DNA from: the human T2T-CHM13v2.0 reference genome, Homo sapiens
Direction: 5' to 3' (one strand)
DNA length: 64,000 nt
NCBI RefSeq assembly: GCF_009914755.1
Contig: NC_060938.1
The notes beneath the pieces are model-generated. The model was not told the origin of the DNA, made no database searches, and saw only the letters and a list, made by a program, of their open reading frames with translations. The translations under genes and the position numbers were made by a program. Numbering within the stretch: the first letter of the stretch is position 1; every line of letters begins with the position of its first letter. Below, one piece after another: positions 31,018 to 47,253 of this stretch.

Positions 31018-33976
31018 TTCCCAAAAGGAGATGTACCGAAAGGCTATGGTAGAGGTAGCCGGGACATTCCTTAGTAACAAGAGGCTGGAAGATTTGACTT
31101 AGAAATGGCAGGAACCAAGGAAGCCTCCATTTCTTCATCTGTATAATGGGAGTAATAACAGTGCCTGCCTCATAGAGGCATTGTGAGGATTAAATGAGTT
31201 ATTATAGGTATCCAATACATGATAAGCACAGTGTGAGAATTAGCTACTATAACTATTAATGTGGTTGTTTTCGTTTTGTTACTTTCCTATTCATGATCTG
31301 GTTGTTGTCTTTCTTTCCATCTTCATGTCTCACCACCCTGTCTCTTGCCCCAACACTCCAGTCATCCTTGGCCATCTGTGAGCCTCTCAAATGCTAAGCC
31401 ATTTCACATTTTCACCCAGCTGAAATAATTTCTATGGAATTTGTCTCAAGGTTCTGTTGCTCTTATCTTTAAAGTGTTTAGACAGAGAATAAGCCTGCCA
31501 TTTTGAAGTAGCAGATCCCAGAAATATTTCTCAGAGGAGGTGATGAAGTGTTAAACGCAGCAGGGCTTTCCTGAGAAGTGATTTGCTGCCACAGACCATC
31601 TGAGGGGCAAGAGAACAGCTCAGAGAGCAAGAGGACAGGCTGGAGCCTAAGTCAGAAGAAAGAATCCCAGCATGGGCAGGGATTTGTATATTAGCCTTCG
31701 TATAGCACGCAGAGACAGACGTAATGCAAGATGGCTGCATCTTTTCTGCTTTGAGCTTAGAAGAGGAGAAAATCTAGGCAAAGGGACATAAGTCATGGAG
31801 AGAACAGGGAAAAGTAGCCCCTGAAACTTGCTGTTTTGGGAGTCATGAGGTACAGCCAATGGCATGGGGAAACCACACCACCATCACCTCTACCTCAGAC
31901 AGTGAACTGTGCTCTAAGGGCTTTTAGCAGCAAAAAGGTGAGATTTTAAATGTTGGAGCCATTTGTGGTGTGAGAAGCCCTTGTGGACAGGTAGCTGGCA
32001 CTTTTCATCACCTGGGAGCAGAAGTGAGCATAAAATAAAAGCCTTCTCTTCAGGGCAGACCATGGGAAACTAGCCTTGGAGTGAGTAAGCAGGAAGAGCT
32101 GACTTTAGCCAGAAGGTATGGGACTCGCACCCAGGTGTTGTGTTTGTGTTAAGCTTGCTTCATATTGAATCTGGACTTGAAATTGTTATGCAAAGAGTAG
32201 CCACTGTGGGTAATTAAATATTTATGCTCTTATTTAACAACAATTTCCATTTTAGCAAAGAAAGCAGACTTTAATCCCCTGCCACTTCTCACCTCTTTCT
32301 GGAGCAACCCCAGCTTCAGTTGAGCCCGGAACAGCACTTATTGCTGGTCACCAGAGGCAGCCCCTAGAATGTCAGGCCAAGAGGGGAGCTATACCAAGCT
32401 AGCCCTTGACCACAGCAGGCAGCCTTGATGATGAACCAAGGGCTTGATCTCTGCCTATCATAAAGCCTGGGTTCAAGTTCTGGCTCCACCTCGAGCTAGC
32501 AAACTTAATTCCTCTGAGCCTCACTTTCCTTGTCTGTAAAACAGACATGAGGATCTCTGCCCCATGGGAATGCTGTATAGCTGAAACAAGATAACAAGTG
32601 TTAATGGTTCCCAGGCGTATGGTGCCCAAAAGTCAAGAGAGAGATGTTAGAATGCAGGTTCCCAGGCATCTCTTCAGATTTTCTGATTAAGTAAAGGTGG
32701 GGCCTTCCTGCAAACTTCTAGGTGATTCTTTTATCTAGATATGTTAGTAAGAAACACTGATGTTTAAAAAGGGTTTAGTAACAAACCCAGCACACAGTAA
32801 GTCTTCAGTACATGTCATTGGTGGCGGTTGTAATCATTATTCTAATTATTACAACAATAGTGGTACATGACAAACTCTCTCCAAATCCAGTGGCTTAAAA
32901 CAATAAGCATTTGTTTATCCCAGGAATACGCAGTTCAGTGAGGCAGGCTGGTCTCTGCTGTGATTCTTTTGGTTGTAACTGGGCTCACTTAACAGGTTCA
33001 ATGCCAGCTGGCTGTCCACTGAAATGATGGGGCAAATAGGCCACGTGTCTCTGAAAATGGGCGTGAGGATCTCTGCCCCATGTGCCATGAGAACATGCTA
33101 ATCCAGCATGTTCTCATGGAGGTGGCAGAGGTGCCAGTGCTTTCAGGCCTGTGCTTACTGTCACGTTTGCTCCCATCTCATTGGTCAAAACAAATTGCAT
33201 AGCTGAGCCTAGAGCCAAGACATGGCGAGCATCCCACCTGGAGCAGTAGCCCCTGATTAAGCACATGCCACAGGGAGCTGGTAGGGGGAGTGTGAAGATT
33301 TGGGACTAATCATAAGTATTGTTGTAGAAAATATCAAAGTTCACTGTCTTTGTCTACCAAATTTGCTTCGATGAGCGTGCATTACACTTTCAATCAGAAA
33401 CAAATTTAGCTATTATCACTTTGAAACAAAAATAGTGCTTAGAAAACAAGAGAGGATTATTATGAGGAGTAAACAAGGTTTAAACATGTCAATGCATGAG
33501 GAAGAACATTACAAGCTGCCCAGAAGCCTGGGGGATGATGTGCTAAGAATCAGGCCCCCAGCTAGATGTGAACAGCCCCCTCTCCATCAGGCCTGCAGTC
33601 TGCTTTGGATCTGGCTATGCTGCTGCGACATCACCCTGACGTTAGGATCAGGTGTTAACTCACCCCTTATCCCTCTGGAGCCCCAGTGCTCGCATGGTGA
33701 ATGAGTTTCAGGCAGCAAAACCACAGCCCTCCTCACTTTGAGGGCTTCTCTTTGCTTTCCCCTTTATCCAACCCCCAGAAATTTACTTCTCTTGTGTCAC
33801 AATAGACTGAGGGCTCCTCAGAGGGCAAGGCCACATCCCCAAAATACATCATAAGAGCACCCACAAAAATAAGAGTCAGTACTACTTTTTTGAGCATTTA
33901 TTATGCTCCAGGCATGGTGCTAACTGCGTTTTTATATATTAGCTAATTTAATGCTTCTGGTGACCCCATGAGTTTG

Positions 33977-34850
33977 TGTATGAGTTTCCTATTGCTGCTG
34001 TAACAAACTACCACATACCTGGTGTCTGAAAATAGCACAAATTTATTCTCTTACACTTACAGAGCTCAGAAGTCCTAAAATGGTACTAAAAATCAAGTCA
34101 GTAGGCCTATGTTCCTTCTGGACGATCTAGAGGAAAATCTGTTCCTTGCCTTATGCAGCCTCGAGAAACCGTGTGCATCCCTCAGCTTGTGGCTCCCTTC
34201 CAGCAATGAGGATAAAAAAATGGATGGGGATATGGATGCATGTATGGAAGGGTAGATGGAAAGATGGACAAATGGAAGGATGGATGGATGCATGGATGGA
34301 TGGAAGGATGGATGGATAGTTGGATGAATGGATGGCTGGATGATGGATGGATGAATGGAAGGATGAATGGATGTATGGATGTGTGGATGTATGGATGGAT
34401 GAGTGAATGGAGGGTTGAAGGTATGTATGTATGTATGGATGGATGGATGGATGGTTGGAGAGATGAACAGAGGATGGATGGATGGATGAATAGATGGTTG
34501 AATATATGGATGGATGATGGATGAATGGATGGAAAGATGGATGGATGGTTGGATAGATGGATGGGTGAATGGATGGCTGGCTTGATGTATGGATATATGT
34601 AAGGATGGATGGATGGATGGATGGATGGATGGATGGATGGATGGATGGATAGATGGATGGATGGATGGATGGATGGATGAATGAATGAATAGACACTCAG
34701 AAAGTCTTTAGTCTCCTCTAGATTTCATCTCTGTGGCTGAGACAATGGCAAAGCATTTCTCTTTTCCATCCCCATCCCTGGAGCTGTCGTTTTTCACATC
34801 CATCAGCATCAAGATACTTCCCACTAAACTTCGTGGGTGAGAGCCTGTAC
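33977..34850 (-). mobile_element. MLT1 LTR split by a (GGAT)n array
   Basis: tgtatgagtttcctattgctgctgtaacaaactaccac...cttgtggctcccttccagcaat. Confidence 0.6.
34220..34690 (+). repeat. (GGAT)n/(TGGA)n degenerate tetranucleotide array
   Basis: About 470 bp of tgga units. Confidence 0.95.
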
Positions 34851-35936
34851 TCTTTCCAAACCTCTCACTGAACCAGTCCACTCTTGTCATGAGAAAATAA
34901 GTATGTCATCTAATTACCAATGATGTCAGTCAAGGAACCTTAAACAAAGAGATTAGTTCTGCTTGTATTTGTTGGTACAATGGACATCATAACATATTTA
35001 ACAGCATTGTAATGTGGAACAGATGGGAAAGACCCCAGCTTTCGGGGCCTCTCCATCTCTCCCACTTTCTACCAACAGCCAAAACCAAGCGACCTTTTAG
35101 AACACTTTATGGGCTGGATGCCTGCAAGAAATTGCTCACCCAGGGGCTGCCAGTACCGGCCCAGCCTGATAATGCCTGCTGGGTTCTTCATTGAAGACGA
35201 TCAAGTTACAATCCTTGGGAATGCTGGAAATTCCACAGTGGATCTAGATACAATATTGGGGTGAAGCCCTCCCAAGCTTTACCCATTTATCATTGAGTTT
35301 CCACCGAGTGCTGATTATGTCATGGGATTTCCATCATGAAACCAAAATCTTGAGAAATCACCAAGGAGTAAATTTCAGTTTGGTTATGTGCTGGGCAACC
35401 TTGGATAAATTAGTCATCTCTCTGAGCCTGTGTCTTCAGCTGCAAAATAAGGGAGAAGAGCCAGCTGGACTAGTCATGAAGCCTGAGTGAGACAATGTCT
35501 GTAGAAGCCCAATAGGCACACAGCAGGTGCTCAAACTAATCTCGGCCCATGTGGGTGAGGGACTGAGTTTAGAACTCTAGATCTATTGAGAAACATTTCA
35601 CATGCACCTAGTCTGTGGACCTGCATCCCACACAGAATTTTAGAATTTTTGAAATGAAAGGAATCTTGGGGACTATTTAAACCAAAGCTTGAAAAGCAAT
35701 GGTCCGTGGGCCACACCCAGCCTGACAGCACATGCGTACACACGCATGTTAGCACAGGTATTTTTTAACAATATTCAAATTAGTTGCCACCTAAAAAATT
35801 TTTTTAACATTATAATGTGAAATCTTGAATGATTGAGAAACTGTCACTCTAATCCAAAGCCCACATTCCCACATGGCAATGATTGGACAAAGATCCCAAC
35901 CTTCCCTCTTTCAGGATGTTTTTACACTTGGTCTGG

Positions 35937-36313
35937 GGATGTGGTTTGGATTTGTTTCCCTGCCCAAATCTCATGTCGAATTGTAATCCCCAATGTTGGA
36001 GGAGGGGCCTGGTGGGAGGTGACTGGATCATGGGGGCAAACTTCACCCTTGCTGTTCTTGTGATAGTGAGTTCTCATGAGAGCTGCTTGTTTAAAAGTGT
36101 GTAGCAGAGGCTCGCTGTCTTCCTCCTGCTTCAGCTACGTAAGTCGTGCCTGCTTCTTCCTCACCTTCTGCCATGATTGTAAGTTTCCTGAGGCCTCCCA
36201 ATCCACGCTTCCTGTAGAGCTTGTAGAACCTGTGAGAGAATTAAACCTCTCTTCTTTATAAATTACCCAGTCTCAGGTAGTTCTTTATAGCAGTGCGAGA
36301 ACAAACTAATACA
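35937..36313 (+). mobile_element. MST solo LTR
   Basis: Consensus-like body, TSD tctgg (35932-35936 / 36314-36318). Confidence 0.85.
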
Positions 36314-37539
36314 TCTGGTCTGCTCAGATGTTTCCTGTTTGGGTTCTGTAGGCATGTTAGTTCACAGACCCAGATTGAGAGCAATTCCTTCCCCTTTATA
36401 GATAATGAAACTGAGGCCAAAGTGAAGATGACAATAAGCCCCTCCCTACGACGGTCATGGGAGATATCACCAAGAGATCATGCAGTTCTTTCCTTGATCA
36501 CAGCCTCAGAATCCCTCTTAACACAGTGCTCTGTGTTGGCAGCCATTCAGATAACCAATCAGGTACCTCAGGGATAAGAGATTTTGCTCAGGGTTCCCTA
36601 ACTCTGCTCTATTAACCTTAAGGGCTTGCTCTCATCTGCTCTTGATAGTTTTGGGATTGCAAATGAGGAGACATAAACAGTGGGTTTGCTTCGTTGCTGT
36701 GTTGCAGGTTTGGAACAAGAGATCACTGGAGGGCAGGGCTGGACGGCAGCAAGGCCATTTTCAGGCTATGATCTTGGGGTCACCTTTCTACCTCTCTCAG
36801 CCTTGTTTTACTCTTCAGTGGAAGAGACGAAAAAGCATTTGACATTATTGTAAGAATCAAATGAAAGACTGTGGGTGGAAGTGCCTAGCAAACTGTGAAG
36901 GTTGCATTATCATTTTATTAGGCATGGTATGCAGTACCCATAAGGCAAAGGTCTCCCTCTCTGACTTCCTTGACTCCAGGGTAAATTTGAATTTTGACAT
37001 ATATTAAAATGTAGCTTGGGAGATATTCTGGCAACCGCACACTGTATGTTTTGCATTTGGCTTCCCTGGCCTTTGGTCAGGGTTGAACATGCATTTCAGC
37101 AAAAACATGATTGTAAGAAAATATTTCATTAATCAAATGCAATCTCTTTCTTTATAACCTCTGCATTACCGACCCCCTACCTGGCCCCAAAAAGGAAGGC
37201 TTGCTGCTTGCACAGACGCCTCCCTCATGGCTCCGAACCATACCCCTGAAGACCTCGCCCAGCAATACACGTTAGCCCACACAACCATGTTTTCCTTTCC
37301 AAACCCTAAAAAAAGAAAAGAGCCCTTTCTCTTTTCTTTACCCAGAGTAATCCTGAAATTATGCACCATATCCGGAAGACAGACATGGCCCCAAATTTAA
37401 TTTTCTGGTTTCTGCAGAGCTGACTTAATCAGACCAGAGTCGAGGAGGGATCCCCCAGGGATGTACCCCCAGAGCTCTGCTACGGCTCCCAACCTGACAA
37501 GCCGTGAGACACGGTCACAACACTTTGCCCAGAGCACCA

Positions 37540-38330
37540 TGTGCCTGTGTCTATGTAGGTCTCTGTGTGTGTGGTGTGGGTGCGCACCTGTGTATATGGC
37601 TTGCATGTCTGGCAATTGTGTATGTTGACTGTCTCTATCTGTATCCATATGTGCCTCTGTGGTGTCTGTGTGTGGTATGTAGTGTATCTGTATGTGTAGT
37701 GTATGTGTGCATCTGTGTGTGTTTGGTGTGTGGGGGGGTGTGTACACACATGTATGCAGGTGGGGGGGTATGTGCAAGCATGTGCATGTGTCTATGATGT
37801 GTATGTGTGTGTCTGTATGTGGTGCATCCATGTGTGTATGCCTGTATGTGGTGTGGTGGGTGTGTTTGGCATGTGTGCATATATCTGTGTGTGGTGTGTG
37901 TTTTGTGTGTGTGGCATGTGTGTGTATGCATGGTGTGTGTGATTGTATGTGTGCAAGTGTGTGTATGTATGGAGTGTGTCTATGTCTATATGTGCCTCTG
38001 TGTGGTGCATGGTTGTGTGTGGTGCATGGTTGTTTGTGGTGCATGTACTTGCACACAGGTGTGTAGTGTATGTGTACGTGTGTGTGTGTGTGTGTATGGA
38101 GTGTGTCCGTGTCCGTGTGTCCGTGTGTGCCTCTGTGTGTGGTGCATGGTTGTGTGTGGTGCGTGTACTTGCACACAGTTATGTGGTGTATGTGTAGGTG
38201 TGTGTGTGTGGAGTGTGTCTGTGTCTATGTGTGCCTCTGTGTGTGTGGTGCATGAATAAGGGGTGTGTGTGCATAGGCACTCAGGTGCGTGCACGTGTCT
38301 ACAGTGTATAGCATGTGTGTCTGTGTGCCC
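37540..38330 (+). repeat. (TG)-rich degenerate tandem repeat
   Basis: About 800 bp of gtgtgt/gtatgt with internal ~120-bp duplicated blocks. Confidence 0.9.
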
Positions 38331-38779
38331 GCGTGACCTGTCACCCATGCCCTAGGATGAAGAATTGATCGTGGGCTCGATCCTGGGGTCCCTGGGACAG
38401 TCCCATGCCTTGTTCTCTCCCATGTTCCTCATGGTTATGGAGAACAATGGTTTGGCGAGGACTGGCAGTGCTGTGAGAGATTTCCAAGGTGATTCACATC
38501 GAAACTCCCCGTTTGACAGAGAGGGATCTGAGGTACAGAGAGGGAATGGGACTTACCAAAAGTCACAAAGCAAGTTGGTGATGAGTGCGAGGCTGGAACT
38601 GATTTCTCCTGCCTCCCCGGCCAGTGTGCTTTCTCCCTGGACCCCTTCAGGGAGGTCACAGCCAGCCTGCTGGGGAGCTGGTCATAGGGAAGGACCTTGC
38701 TGGGATTTGGGGATGGACAGCTTGGCTACATGGATTAATCAGGTGGGAAACTGCACGAGCGATGTCCTTGAGCATGAGT

Positions 38780-38975
38780 TGACAAACGCTTCTGTGAAGG
38801 ACCAGAGTAAATATTTTAGGACTTTGTAGCGCAAGAGGCAAAATTAAAGCTATTTTGTTGGTACTTACATAACCATGTAAAATGTAACCCACTTAAAAAT
38901 TTAAAAACCATTCTTACTCCTTGAACTGTGTGAAAACTAGTGGCAGCTAGATTTGACCCACAGGTCTACTCCTGT
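38780..38975. mobile_element. MER58-like DNA transposon fragment
   Basis: acaaacgcttctgtgaaggaccagagtaaatattttagg...ctagatttgacccacagg. Confidence 0.55.
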
Positions 38976-39461
38976 CCGAGGCGCTGAGAATCAAAACAAA
39001 CAAGTAGACAAATCTGAACTTACGAAACCCCAAACAGGAGCAAACACAAGAAGGTCAGTGCCAGCAGCCGAGAGCACAGAACAGGCAGCAAACAAAGAGC
39101 CATGGCGGTGTTGTGTGAGAAGTGCGGAGCTGAGGTCACAAACTGGCCTGCAGAGATTGGGGGTTGGAATCCCAGGTGTATGGCGCTCAATCACAGACTG
39201 TGGTCAGAGAGAGGGTCCATTTTCCAGGATGGTCCAAAATGAGGCAACGGAGAAGAACTCCATAGCAGGAGCAGTGCTCAGGGGAGCAGGAGCCCTGTAG
39301 GCTGGAGGGACCTCGGCAGATGCTTGTCCAGTTTTCTCATGGGTGGTAACCTCACACTGCCTGTCCTCAGTGCCATGGTCCACTTGCTGAATGAATGCCC
39401 AGGCCTGAAATCTTTGCCCAGTGTCTTATTTGGTCATTTTGTGAGCTGCATGTGTATGTGG

Positions 39462-39820
39462 GTGTTTTAGTCCATTTGGGCTGTTATAACAAAATATCAT
39501 AGCCTAGGTGGCTGATAGACAACAGAAATTTATTTCTCATGTTCTGGAGGCTGGGAAGTCAAAGATCAAGGCACAAGCAGTTTCGGTGTCTGGTGAGGGC
39601 ACGTTTCCTGGTTCATAGATGGTGCCTTCTTGCTGTGTCCTCACATGGTTGAAGGGGCAAGCTCTCCCTCTGGGGTCATTTTAATAATCCCATGCATGAC
39701 AGCTCCACCATCATGACCTAATCACCCTCCAGAGGCCTCACCTCCTAATACCATCACCTTGCGGGTTAGCATTTCAACGTATGAATTGGGAGTTGGGGGA
39801 AATAAACATGCAGGCCTTAC
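39462..39820 (-). mobile_element. MLT1A LTR
   Basis: tgttttagtccatttgggctgttataacaaaatatcata...ctcctaataccatcacctt. Confidence 0.8.
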
Positions 39821-39947
39821 CAATGGTCCACAGCCCCCAGGATGACTACTTCTGCTGCAAAACCCCTAACCCTCAGCCCACCCCACAGCTTCACTTGGCA
39901 TCCACTTGGCATTCACAGCTTCACTTGGCATCAGAATAAAGAATTTG

Positions 39948-40290
<343 letters not shown>

Positions 40291-40552
40291 TCAGATGTAT
40301 AATGCTATAGGATTACAGCCCCCGTGAAGGCTGCTGATGAAAGACAATGGGGAAGGAACGTCCCCCACTGTCTTTGAAATGTGTATTTAGTAGTTCATTT
40401 TGCCTAGAAGGAGAAATGACTGAGAGTACAGATCTACACAGAAGAATGGGCAGTACCCAGCACCAGAGAGTAAGCTACAGGAAGGCAGGGTTTGGGGGTT
40501 TCTGTTTTGTTCACCATTTTATTTATTCTTGATGTATAATAAGAGCTTAATA

Positions 40553-40890
<338 letters not shown>

Positions 40891-41507
40891 TTAAATATTC
40901 TTTACTTGATTCTTTCCTTAAGGATGGTCAAGGGCTCGAAAAGGACAAGAATGGGGATTGATAACATGGAAGTTTGAGGAAAATATATATGGGTAGCCCT
41001 TTCAGCGAGATCTTGGCTATAACGATATGTATGTACTGTTTGAATGATCATCAAAAGTCCATCTGTGGAGAGAAGGCTCTTGATAATCAGGTGTCCAGAC
41101 ATCACTGGATGTCAGTTCAGTTGCCCATGAACAAGCAGGCCTGGTGGCAGGGATGCGACAGCTAACCTCATAATTTAGTTCACAGACTTCAGGACATCAA
41201 GTAAAATTGTGAATGAACCAGAGGAAAACTAACAGAGCACAGAAATGGATATATTGATAAATGGGACGTTTTGCTAAGCACTCACTTGCTCATACGGGGG
41301 TAGGTGCATTAGGTGGAATATGGGAGCTATTGTTTCCACTGCTGTTTTTGCTTGGAAGTTTAAATATGGAAATTGGGGTACACCGGGACATGAAGTATCC
41401 AGAGGCATGGGCCGTGGGGGATACTGTAGATTTGCTTATTAATTGCCCATTAAACTCCTTGCAAGATGTTTTCCCATAATGCAGAAGGGTAAAGCTAAAA
41501 TGGCATT

Positions 41508-41615
41508 GGCCGAGTGTGGTGGCTCACATCTGGAATCCTAGCACTTTGGGAGGCCGAGATAGGAGTTCGAGATCAGCCTGGGCAACATAGGGAGACTGTC
41601 TCTAAAAAAAAAATC
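41508..41615 (+). mobile_element. FLAM/Alu left monomer
   Basis: ggccgagtgtggtggctcac...ctgggcaacatagggagactgtctct plus A-tail. Confidence 0.8.
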
Positions 41616-42534
41616 ATTTTTTTAAAAAAATAAATAACATGGCATATCCCTGCCTCCTTTGCTGCTGTGTTCTAAATGTGAACCAGGTTTTTCCAATTCC
41701 AACTCTCCTTCATGATGCTGAGTGTGGGAGGGAGGTGCATGAGGAGACAGCTTGACATGGGCACCCCTTTGCTGCAGTGCAACGGAGGCGAGGCCTTTAG
41801 TCCGCAGCTGCAGTATTCTCCCGGTCCGGCAGCCTCCTGCGGGGCAGCAGCAGCAACTTTCTCCACCATGAAAGAGGCAGCATGGTCCTGAGGCTGAGCT
41901 CCTCCTGAAATCTCAGATTAGAGTCTGTTCTTCAACAATTTTGTGAGCCATTTTATACCCCATCATAAATCCCTTTCTCCTTAAGCTAGTTAGAGTGGAT
42001 TCTGTTTTTTGCAACTGACTGCTGACTGATTCTAGACTCTCCCCTTAACAAGCATCTTCAGGACACTTGTAAGCCCATAAGGGAGATCCCGGACTCCTGG
42101 CAGTAGTTGCAGGGCAGTACTTTGGGGTCAGAGTATGCATCCTAGAGAATGTAAAAGAAGATACTTCTTCAGAACCTGCCTAGCATGACCCAGGAAGGCA
42201 TTTGGGATGGGGTGGTATAAATAGCTTCCAGTTATGGAGTGTGTCCTATGGGCTGAGCACTGTGAAAGCCCTTTACACATACTATCCCATTTAATCCGCC
42301 CAACCACATTCCTTTGAGATAAGTATTCCAGAAGATGGGAGAACTTTGTTAAGGTCCAATGCCTTGCAGATTTGGTTGCTTGGAGCCAAACACTGATCAG
42401 GATGATTCCAAGCCTGTTCCTAGAACAGTTTCACCGTCACTTTTAAGGGAGTAAGTTAAGAGCAAAAGAGAAACTTCACATTTTTTTTCCAGGGCCATAA
42501 AAAATCATATTTTTAAAAATAAAATTTTTAGTGA

Positions 42535-43190
42535 TCTTACTACTGGGAATTTATCCAAAGGAAAGGAAATCATTATATTGAAGAGACATCTGCACCTTCA
42601 TGTTTATTGCAGCACTGTTCACAATAGCCACGATATGGGATCAACGTAGGTGTCCAACAACAGATGGATGTAAAAAATATGGGATATATACACAATGGAA
42701 TACCATTCAGCCATTAAAAAAAGAGAAATCTCGTCATTCGTGGCAACACGGATAGAACTAGAGGACATTATGTTAAGCAAAATAAGCCAGGAACAGAAAG
42801 TTAAACACCACATGTTCTCACTCATATGTGATAGCTAAAAAAAGTTGATCTCATAGAAGTAAAAAGTAAAATGGGATACTAGAAGCTAGGGAGAGTAGGA
42901 GGAAGGAAGCATAGGGAGAGACTTGTTAAATGATACAAATTACAGCTAGATAGGATAAATAAGTTCTAGAATATTACACCACTGTAGGCTGACTATAGTT
43001 AACAACAGTATATAGTTTCAAATAGCTAGAAGAAGGATGCTGAATGTTCCCAAAACAAAGAAATGATAAATGTTTGAGATGCTGGATATGCTAATTACCC
43101 TGATCTGATCACTTACATTATATGTATCAAAACATCACTGTGTACCCCATGAATATATAACATTACTATTTGTCCATTAAAAGAAAAGAA
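42535..43190 (+). mobile_element. L1MA 3' end
   Basis: catgtttattgcagcactgttcacaatagcc...ggatatgctaattaccctgatctgatc. Confidence 0.85.
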
Positions 43191-43550
43191 TTTTAAGTGT
43201 GGAAAGAAAGAAAATATGTAAGCTGATGAAAAAAGAAGGAAATAGACATTTTTCTAGTGTTCAAATCATACAGTGCTTGTCCTAAATACTGCTGAATTTG
43301 CCACTTGGAAGGGAAGACTAATCTGTTTTGGAACATGCCATTATTTAGCATGTAACTTTTTACTATTTCTTGATTATAAAGATATCATTAAAAACTGCAA
43401 AATCAGTTTTTGAAATGTTCAATGCTTTTAAAAATTCAGATCTTTTCATTTACTAGATTGGCAAAACAGATTATTGATAAGATTCTATTCATTTCATTCT
43501 AATGAAAATAGAAATGAAATAAAATGGAACAAACAATAAATAAAATTTTT

Positions 43551-43866
<316 letters not shown>

Positions 43867-43914
43867 TTAGAAAAGGTGCAAAAACAGCACAAAGTTCCCA
43901 TAACCTTCACCCAG

Positions 43915-44317
43915 TGATACACTCTGGATGTTTGTCCTTCCAGATTTCATGGAATCCCCAGTGCTGGAGGTGGGGCCTGGTGGGAGGTATTGGATCACGG
44001 GGGAGATTGCTCATGAGTGGCTTAGCGCCATCATCCCCCTGGTGATAAGTGAATGCTTGCTCACAGAGATCGGGTTGTTTAACAGAGTGTGGTACTTTTC
44101 TCCCTCTCTCTCTTGATCCTACTCTGGCCATATGACATGCTGGCTCCCTGTCACCTTCTGCCATGATTGTAGGCTTCCTTAGAACCTCACCAGAAGTGGA
44201 TGCCAGCACCATGTTTCCCGTTCAGCCTGCAGAACTGTGAACCAATTAAACCTCCTTTCTTTATAAATATCCAGCTCCAGGTATTTCTTTATAGCTACAC
44301 AAAAATAGACAAACACA
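43915..44317 (+). mobile_element. MSTB-like solo LTR inserted in an old L1 fragment
   Basis: TG...CA termini, TSD cccag (43910-43914 / 44318-44322). Confidence 0.8.
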
Positions 44318-45805
44318 CCCAGTCTCCTCTAACGGTAACATCTTACATGTCCATGGGGAATTTGTCAACACCAAGAAATTAACACCAGTGCAATAGCGTT
44401 AATGAAACTGCTAACTTGATCTGTGTATCATTGGCCTTTCCACTAATGCCTGTTCACTGTTCCAGGATGCAATGCAGGATTCCACATTGCATTCAGCATT
44501 GTGGTTTGTTGCTTTTTACTTTTTGTTATCCCATCACCTCATTCCAAAGGAAAAGGGCCTCAGTGATTTGCACAAGCCCAAAGAGAGGAAACAGATAGCA
44601 TGAGACAGGCCATGTCTCAGAACAATTTAGAGCAATTTCCCTCGCTGTCCATTGGTAGAGGAGCCCTCCTATTAGAAATTAGCAGCAGCAGGCCACAGTG
44701 AAAACCAAGCTGGAGCGGGGAGCAGGGACCAGGATGCACGCCAGTATGCAACTGCAATACGGAATTCCAGCCCGGAAGCCCTGAGCAAGTTGGGGTCTCT
44801 CCTTTTGCAGCATAATGAAAGGTAGCAGGACGGAGAGCCAGGGCTGCAGAGGCAGTGACAGAGGAGGCTGGCAGGGCCAAGTAGCTGAGTAACATTCTCA
44901 CCAAGAGGATTCCACGAGAAGGTGATGGATCTCTCCAATTAACCATGTCATGGTTGGGCTTGGAAGCCGTGGATGAAAACTGAGGTAAGATAATTATTTC
45001 CATGGGACGCCTGGTTGTGAAAAAAATCACACGGTCATAAAAATGAATGAGTCGTCCAGCCAGAAACACTAGAGAACTCAGTAAAGATTTAGAAACCGTG
45101 TGTGTTTAATGCTACTCTCACAGTGGGTTGGGTTCCCACAAAAGGTGCTAAATTAAAACAAGGAAGGGTAAATCTAGTTTTCTCACTGAAACAGCGTTTT
45201 AACCCTGAAGTTCCTGACCCCAGGTTTGATGCTTCTGCTGTGGAAATAAACATGTATACCACGTTTAGTTAACATAAATGACACGTGGCATACCTTTATG
45301 TTATACGGATTAAGGCTTCTTCAGATCAGCTAAACAGGGCTATGCCGTGATCAATTCCATATAGACCTAAAAGGCAGAGCATCCCCGTGGACAGAGTTCT
45401 GTCTTTCTTCAAAAAGCATGCTGCTTTATTTTTTGGACAACTACTTAGAAGGTAAGGGTTCTTGTTATTCGGGGCCACAAGACTCACAAGTGTTTCTGTG
45501 AGGGTACTTAGCACCACTCTAAGACTTTAGACAATGGATCCCGATATGCTGGGTGAAATCACCTCCCTCAGTTGTAAACTCCTTGTAGCCAGCAGTGGTC
45601 TTGCTGCGGCCTGATAGTGGAAAGTGATTCTTCCATTTGCAGGGTCCTCTATAGGAGTGCTGGCAACCTGGCTTCATCTGCCCTAAACAAGGCAGATGGA
45701 AAAACCAAGGACCGCTCCTCCTTCCTAAAAGAACAGACTTTCCCACCCTTTGCCCTTTCTCTGCAGAACTGTTTCACCAAGTCAAAAACTCAGAGACTCA
45801 TTTGA

Positions 45806-46258
<453 letters not shown>

Positions 46259-47204
46259 TAAAACTTTGTCTCTTCCTTTACCAGTCATGTAAGGAGTGAG
46301 GGGCTACAGATATAATGCTTCTCACTCAAGTCCCCCCACCCCCTATCCCGCCTCACCTCCCAAAGGGTGAGAAGGGTTTAAGATCACAGAGATGGAAAAA
46401 ACTTAGGAAACGTATTACACACATTATTAAAATAATAGCAAATTTTTTAAAAGTTCTCACTTGGGAGAACAAATTATACTAGAGGCAAAACCATTTTATT
46501 TTAAATCCTTCTAATGACAGTGTTCTGAATTGAAGGGTACACTTCTGTTCCTTGGTAAGCAGAAGATTCTGACATACATTTTCCTTTTCTTGGCAAACCA
46601 AGGTCCTTGTTAGGAGCTTTTGTTAGCCTGTGGCAGCTCCTGGGTTTACTTGCCGGTTTCTTAGACCTGCCCTCAAAAGTCAGGATGGTGTCTCTGGCTT
46701 CTCCTGCATCTCGCAGTGTCCTCCCCTTCTCCTCTGCAGCTTCCAGTGCACTGTGAGTTACGAAACCAGATAGCCAAACCCAAGAATTCTTTGTGAAATA
46801 AACTGTCCTGGTGGGGCTTTGATCCCTGGGGTTGGGAGTGAAATGGTTGGAAAGGCGTCCTTTTACCTCTATCTGGGCTAGTGCCTGGATCTACTGGGGG
46901 TGCTGTTTCTCTACCAAATGCACCCAGAGTGCATTTTGGAATTTTCAGTATCCACTTGGCCTGCCCATGACCCCCACCCCTGAGACTGTGAACGAGGAGG
47001 TCTGGAGAGATGCTGAGAATGTGTTTGAAGATGCTCCCAGATGAGGCTGATATCCACATGAGATTGAGTGTTGCTGTCGCCCTGAGTTCAACCTCTGCAT
47101 GAAAGAGGTTGAACTGGAAGTCAGAATTTTACAATGTCAGCCTTAGCCACATGTCATCTTTCTTCTCATAACCTCTTGGACAAACTCCTTTACTTCAGAA
47201 AACG

Positions 47205-47253
47205 AATTTCCAAACCACACAGTATTTCATAGACCAAAATAGAGATTTTTATT
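47205..47253 (-). terminator. Distal polyadenylation signal
   Basis: AATAAA on the minus strand (plus tttatt 47248-47253). A GU-rich element TGTGTGGTTTG lies ~25-37 nt downstream and U-rich sequence lies upstream. Confidence 0.75.

Noticed and set aside
34151-34696. HPSI-repeat and WMDG-repeat ORFs
   Set aside because: Translations of the (GGAT)n array.
37397-38348. Long His/Thr- and Cys/Val-rich ORFs
   Set aside because: Translations of the (TG)n-rich repeat.
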